Positions 60,355-64,000 of a stretch of 64,000 nt of DNA are shown here, piece after piece. The stretch comes from a virus: IMG/VR virus record IMGVR_UViG_3300047160_036265. One strand, written 5' to 3'. The notes beneath the pieces are model-generated. The model was given only the letters and a program-made list of their open reading frames with translations. It made no database searches and was not told the DNA's origin. Made by a program: the position numbers and the translations under genes. How positions within the stretch are numbered: position 1 is the stretch's first letter; the number at the start of each line of letters is the position of its first letter.

Positions 60355-60762
60355 CTAACTATAACGCTGAGTTGCCCCAGCACCCCCGGCATCACGGACT
60401 CCCTGCCGCACACGCCCCTCGCCGTCGTTGTAGTTATGTGCCTCATCAATGACGCAGTGCAAGCCCTCCTTTAATTGCACCCGGACCAGGCGATATTTAT
60501 TCAGCAAATGCCCCACAATGTCCTTCGCCCAATCCGTCCGACCCTCGCAGTCCTCGCAGCGGGTGAAGTAGCTCTTGCCCAACAGCAGGTCCACGACCAC
60601 CACCATCACCGGGTCGTCGCCATGCTTCCACTTGAGCATTTCGATGGTGTCGGGCGGCAGGTGGATCAGCACGCACAGCTTTTCCTGCTGGCAGAAAAAG
60701 CAACTGCGCAGTTCCGGCGTATTGAGCTTAGTACCCGGAGGCATGGCTGTCATAGTAATCAA
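60355..60762 (-). CDS. hypothetical protein
   Basis: 135-aa ORF. Confidence 0.45.
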   Translation of the reverse strand: MITMTAMPPGTKLNTPELRSCFFCQQEKLCVLIHLPPDTIEMLKWKHGDDPVMVVVVDLLLGKSYFTRCEDCEGRTDWAKDIVGHLLNKYRLVRVQLKEGLHCVIDEAHNYNDGEGRVRQGVRDAGGAGATQRYS

Positions 60763-61738
60763 TCCTCACGTCGTAGACCTTTTGCTCGGCTTGAGCGAAG
60801 TCGGGGTCATTTGAGAAGTCCAGGTGGGCAACCGGAAACCCCTCGTAGGTGCGATTCGTCCACTCGGCCACCTGGCCGTGCTGCTGGAAGAAGGTATGCC
60901 ACCCATTCCAGTCATCGTACTGGCACTGCTGGAAGGACAAACAATAACGCCCCTCTGCCCCCTGGATGTTGACGTAGGGAGGCTTGTGCCCGCCCATGAG
61001 CAGCATCAGCTTCTTGGAAGCCAGGATGGCGTAATATTGCGCCAAAGTGGTCCGCAGCGTTTTCTGGTCCTTCACGAAGTTGTAGGGGTCCGTGGCCTCG
61101 TTAAAAGGGGCCAGGCGGGGCAGCAACTCGTCAATCTGTTGCTTGTACTTGGGGTCGATGGCGAAAGGAAGACGTTCCGGCGGCGGGATGGGCTTCATCT
61201 CAGCCACCCGGCGGATGGCCTCCTTGAGCGGCACCTTGCGGCGGTCCCAGACCTCGTGAAAGGCCGGCTCGTCATTCCAGTTGCCCAGGACATTCCACTC
61301 GTCGTGAAATTCCCCCCAGCCCTCTGGCCACTCCCGGTCGGTGGGCAACGACTTCTGCACCGTATGACAGGGCTGACAGTCAGAATGGAACACGACGAAG
61401 ATTTCATCGTCGGTGGCGGTAAGGAACCGCTCCCGGTCGGCAAACAACTGCTTCACGGCTTCATTGGGCGGGCCGTACTGCTCCTCGAAATCTTCCTCAT
61501 CCTGGGCGTTGCGGAACGCCTCGCGCAGCCCTTCGATTTCCTCGCGTACCTGGGCCTCGGTCCCGCCCCGTGGCACCAGGATGCCCTGGAGGGGCCGCTC
61601 GGCCAGGCCAACTTCACAGGATTCATTATCGCGTTCGATGTAGTCGTAGGTGTCGTCCCGATAAGTGAAAAACGCACCCATCTGCTCCTGCTGGATGGCG
61701 TCGAAGACTGGTTGATATTCGGGGTCATTAGGTGTCAT
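60728..61738 (-). CDS. hypothetical protein (~336 aa)
   Basis: Trimmed to MTPNDPEYQPVF. The upstream part of the ORF is junk that overlaps the next gene. Confidence 0.5.
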   Translation of the reverse strand: MTPNDPEYQPVFDAIQQEQMGAFFTYRDDTYDYIERDNESCEVGLAERPLQGILVPRGGTEAQVREEIEGLREAFRNAQDEEDFEEQYGPPNEAVKQLFADRERFLTATDDEIFVVFHSDCQPCHTVQKSLPTDREWPEGWGEFHDEWNVLGNWNDEPAFHEVWDRRKVPLKEAIRRVAEMKPIPPPERLPFAIDPKYKQQIDELLPRLAPFNEATDPYNFVKDQKTLRTTLAQYYAILASKKLMLLMGGHKPPYVNIQGAEGRYCLSFQQCQYDDWNGWHTFFQQHGQVAEWTNRTYEGFPVAHLDFSNDPDFAQAEQKVYDVRIDYYDSHASGY

Positions 61739-61985
61739 CCGGGGCCTCCTTGGAGCCGGTATCGAGGTTGTAATAGTTCGCCGCCTGGATGCGGCGCAGA
61801 CCGAATTTGCGCAGGGCATCGGCAATGTCGAAAAGATTGTGGCCGACTTCATCCGCCGTCGCATCAACAACAGCGGGGAAATCAACGATGGGGCTTTCGC
61901 TCCCCAACATGATTTCCCCGTGAGCGGTCGCCAGGGTGTAGAAGTGGTTGGGCTTTATGCGCCTTTCTGGATTTTCCGCCGACAT
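61728..61985 (-). CDS. hypothetical protein
   Basis: Start taken as MSAENPERR, 4 nt downstream of the tRNA-Arg 3' end. Confidence 0.4.
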   Translation of the reverse strand: MSAENPERRIKPNHFYTLATAHGEIMLGSESPIVDFPAVVDATADEVGHNLFDIADALRKFGLRRIQAANYYNLDTGSKEAPDDT

Positions 61986-61988
61986 AAG

Positions 61989-62060
61989 CACCCCCGCCAG
62001 GAATCGAACCCGGACCTATTCTTTAGGAAAGAATCGTGCTGTCCGTTACACCACGGGGGC
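61989..62060 (-). tRNA. tRNA-Arg (anticodon CCT)
   Basis: Manual fold: GCCCCCG/CGGGGGT acceptor with G1-U72, anticodon stem ATTCT/AGAAT with loop TTCCTAA, T-arm CCGGG-TTCGATT-CCTGG. Confidence 0.75.
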
Positions 62061-62069
62061 CTAGACACA

Positions 62070-62510
62070 TTATATACCTCGCTGCGTGAAGATCATAGCC
62101 CGATTGATGTCAGGCGAAGCACCCGGATCGTCACGCCCGCAGGGAATGTGAAACTTCATCTTGAAGCCCTTCTCGTCCCGGAGCCGCAGGGCCAGATGGT
62201 GCATCTCCGGGCTGGTGATCGGGTACTCGTCGCCATCAACCAGGATGGCGGTGTAACACCATAATCCCTTCTCCAAGCACACCTTGCACTCGGTCGGATA
62301 CATCAGGCCGATCCAGATGTCCGGCTGGCCGTCCTCGCAGTCGCAGCACATATGCTGATCGCCGCAGACGGAGCAGCGGGCGATGTCACAACCCGGATCG
62401 TGCTTCTCGCCTACCTTCACCTTACAGTCGGGGCAGAGGGGTTGTAAAGTGCTTTCAAACTCCTTGAGCCAAGGATGGGCCTGCAACACCTGCTCGAACG
62501 GGTTCATCAC
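62070..62510 (-). CDS. hypothetical Cys-rich protein
   Basis: CPDC...CSVCGDQHMCCDCEDG...CKVC motifs. Confidence 0.45.
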   Translation of the reverse strand: MMNPFEQVLQAHPWLKEFESTLQPLCPDCKVKVGEKHDPGCDIARCSVCGDQHMCCDCEDGQPDIWIGLMYPTECKVCLEKGLWCYTAILVDGDEYPITSPEMHHLALRLRDEKGFKMKFHIPCGRDDPGASPDINRAMIFTQRGI

Positions 62511-62731
62511 TCGCCTCCGAAGAGCATGGGGAAAAGCAAGTAGCGCATCTGGCTGTCAGCAGCCGCAACCTCCGCATCCCGCCCCTGTTCTGCGATTTTC
62601 TCGTCAAGAAACTTGACGGCCTTGTTCTCTGGACCGCCCAGGGCGGCGCACAAATCACGATACTCCCCCAAGGTTGAGGGGCAAGGGGAACCGCTGTCAT
62701 CACTGGTACGCATGTTCGGCTTCCAATTCAA
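62507..62731 (-). CDS. hypothetical protein
   Basis: ATGA-coupled. Confidence 0.4.
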   Translation of the reverse strand: MNWKPNMRTSDDSGSPCPSTLGEYRDLCAALGGPENKAVKFLDEKIAEQGRDAEVAAADSQMRYLLFPMLFGGE

Positions 62732-62779
62732 AGTTTCCTGTGATAAATATAATTCAAGGGCAGCGCAAAGGAGCTATTT

Positions 62780-63325
62780 ATGCCTTTTCAGGATGAAGCC
62801 TCCAAATTTGTGGCATTAACCAAGAAGTACATTTCGGGCGACGACCACAAGGAGCTTATCATCAAACTCGATGAGGAGTTAGGCCAGAAGACTTCAGACC
62901 CAGCTTTGAAACATTTCTTCAACATGGCCCGCCTCATCGTTGACCCGCCGTTCATCCCGGCACCGTGGTACTGGTGGGCGGCGCTCTACGCCCTCGTCTC
63001 CTCGCACCTGGCCCTTGTCCTCGGCGTCATCCTTTCCTTCTTCCTGCTGCCCTTTTACGCCCCTTGGTATGTTGCGTTGCCCCTTATGGCTTTTATCTGG
63101 TTCTTCTCCACCACCAGCGTCGAGTGCAAGCTGACGCAACTTGAAAATTACATCCGCAAGCGGCTGGGCCTCAAGCGTATCGGAGGTTTTGTAGGACACT
63201 ACCTTGTTCGCCCCAGCCGGCGGCTGGTGCGACGGGCGGCTGGTATGAAAGCGCCGCCCTTGCGATTATGGAGCAAGCCTAGTCGGCCCTCCAAGCCATC
63301 TGAAAGCACCCCCGCCAGGAATTGA
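62780..63325 (+). CDS. hypothetical membrane protein
   Basis: RBS AAGGAG. Multiple transmembrane segments. The 3' end overlaps tRNA-Arg(TCT) on the opposite strand by 19 nt. Confidence 0.45.
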   Translation: MPFQDEASKFVALTKKYISGDDHKELIIKLDEELGQKTSDPALKHFFNMARLIVDPPFIPAPWYWWAALYALVSSHLALVLGVILSFFLLPFYAPWYVALPLMAFIWFFSTTSVECKLTQLENYIRKRLGLKRIGGFVGHYLVRPSRRLVRRAAGMKAPPLRLWSKPSRPSKPSESTPARN

Positions 63326-63378
63326 ACCCGGACCTAGAAGTTAGAAGCATCTCGTGCTGTCCGTTACACCACGGGGGC
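63307..63378 (-). tRNA. tRNA-Arg (anticodon TCT)
   Basis: A paralog of the 61989 tRNA with the same acceptor, D-arm and T-arm. The anticodon stem is AGATG/CTTCT (one mismatch) with loop CTTCTAA. Confidence 0.7.
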
Positions 63379-63387
63379 TTTAGGTTT

Positions 63388-63714
63388 TTATTTAGCGATC
63401 AAATCGGGATATTTCTCCTGATCGAAGTCGTTCATGAAGGCGGCAACCGCCTTGGGCGTCGGCACCGTTACCTCGCCCTTGGCGAAGGTGACGTGGATGA
63501 AGTCGTGGTCCACTTCCATCGACTGGTAACGGCCCCGGAAGACCTTGCCCACGAACTTGGCGATGGGGCAGTCGTTGATGCTGCCTATCTCGCCCTTGAT
63601 CTTCCGCTCCCGCAGGGCATCGGCCACTTTGTTCTTGCCGTTGCCCAACCCCTTGAGGGCTGCCTTCAGTTTGTCTTCCTGGGCCTGAACCGGATTGGTC
63701 GCTTTCTCAGCCAT
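63388..63714 (-). CDS. hypothetical protein
   Basis: RBS AAAGGAGGAG precedes the MAEKATNPVQ start. Confidence 0.45.
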   Translation of the reverse strand: MAEKATNPVQAQEDKLKAALKGLGNGKNKVADALRERKIKGEIGSINDCPIAKFVGKVFRGRYQSMEVDHDFIHVTFAKGEVTVPTPKAVAAFMNDFDQEKYPDLIAK

Positions 63715-63763
63715 GTTCTCCTCCTTTGAGAGCAGGATTATTGTACGAAAAAACACAGGTTCC

Positions 63764-64000
63764 GTCAATCAACTCCGGCGAATTCCTCAGTGGGATAGAG
63801 TTCCACCTGGCAGTCATAATCCCGGTATCCGGGTCCGTAGAAGTAGAAGGAAATCTCCTTTTGCTTGCTGCCCTTATCCACCCGCTCCTCCCAGCGGCCC
63901 CGCCGCCACACGATCTCCCCAACCTCCACCGTGAACGTCTGGTAGGTTCGCCCCTCGTATTCTTGGTCCCGGTAGTGCAGGATCGAGGAGATAAATGTAC
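63764..64000 (-). CDS. hypothetical protein, C-terminal part (the 5' end lies beyond the window)
   Basis: An open frame runs from the window edge to the TGA at 63764: ...ILHYRDQEYEGRTYQTFTVEVGEIVWRRGRWEERVDKGSKQKEISFYFYGPGYRDYDCQVELYPTEEFAGVD. Confidence 0.4.

Noticed and set aside
1-64000. Stop-codon reassignment (suggested by the phage RF homolog plus tRNAs)
   Set aside because: Large ORFs of 893, 515 and 423 aa are intact under the standard code. No suppressor tRNA with anticodon CTA, TCA or TTA was found. The single in-frame UGA, in the RF gene, is better explained as the prfB-type frameshift site.
1-64000. Archaeal origin of the element (suggested by Pth2 and the short tRNA insertion)
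   Set aside because: AspRS, GluRS and SerRS are clearly bacterial-type in their conserved blocks. Shine-Dalgarno sites, ATGA coupling and rho-independent terminators are pervasive, and the tRNAs lack encoded CCA but are otherwise bacterial-like. A bacterial host is more likely.
1-64000. CRISPR arrays or other large repeat structures
   Set aside because: No regularly spaced direct repeats were seen. The only tandem repeat is the 27-bp x2 duplication at 6737..6790.

Overview
This 64 kb window is a high-GC (~58%), very gene-dense region with about 130 mostly short CDSs, roughly 85% on the minus strand. Many genes are translationally coupled through ATGA/TAGTG stop-start overlaps, Shine-Dalgarno motifs are common, and eleven tRNA genes all lie on the minus strand. 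No capsid, terminase or tail genes fall inside the window. The mix of an HNH endonuclease, a ParB-like nuclease and many tiny Zn-ribbon or membrane ORFs looks like the accessory/early region of a very large (huge or jumbo) phage or a comparable large mobile element that infects a bacterium. Bacterial-type aaRS sequences, SD sites and tRNA genes without encoded CCA support a bacterial host. The phage/MGE origin itself is an inference from gene content.

The most notable content is listed below.
(1) A translation module: a glutamyl-tRNA synthetase catalytic core lacking its anticodon-binding domain, a GAD-less aspartyl-tRNA synthetase, a seryl-tRNA synthetase reduced to its catalytic domain, a ribosome recycling factor, an archaeal/eukaryotic-type peptidyl-tRNA hydrolase (Pth2), ClpS, and a domain-1-less class-I release factor homolog that carries the canonical prfB-type CUU-UGA +1 frameshift site.
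(2) A tRNA set of Met(CAT), Gly(GCC), Gly(TCC), Thr(TGT), Arg(CCT), Arg(TCT), four tRNA-Ala (TGC x2, GGC, CGC, all with G3:U70), and a tRNA-Lys(UUU)-like gene carrying a 21-nt insertion in the anticodon loop.
(3) An 893-aa homolog of the eukaryotic major vault protein (MVP).
(4) Auxiliary metabolic genes: FolD (partial), thymidylate kinase, PyrE-like PRTase, PurM, an NMNAT-like nucleotidyltransferase fusion and RmlC.
(5) A glycan-modification set: GT2 x2, a pyruvyl transferase, two DxD glycosyltransferase-like proteins and a SAM methyltransferase.
(6) RNA/nucleic-acid processing proteins: a Pnk-like kinase, a ligase-like nucleotidyltransferase, a NYN RNase, an FCP1/HAD phosphatase and two Pol-beta nucleotidyltransferases.
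(7) Eukaryote-like signalling proteins: a protein-kinase-like protein and a CX5R tyrosine phosphatase.
(8) A scattering of plus-strand genes for small secreted low-complexity proteins (Gly/Tyr-, Cys-, His-, Pro- and Gly/Asn-rich), several followed by strong hairpin terminators.

All functional calls rest on motifs I could recognise by eye; no database searches were run.
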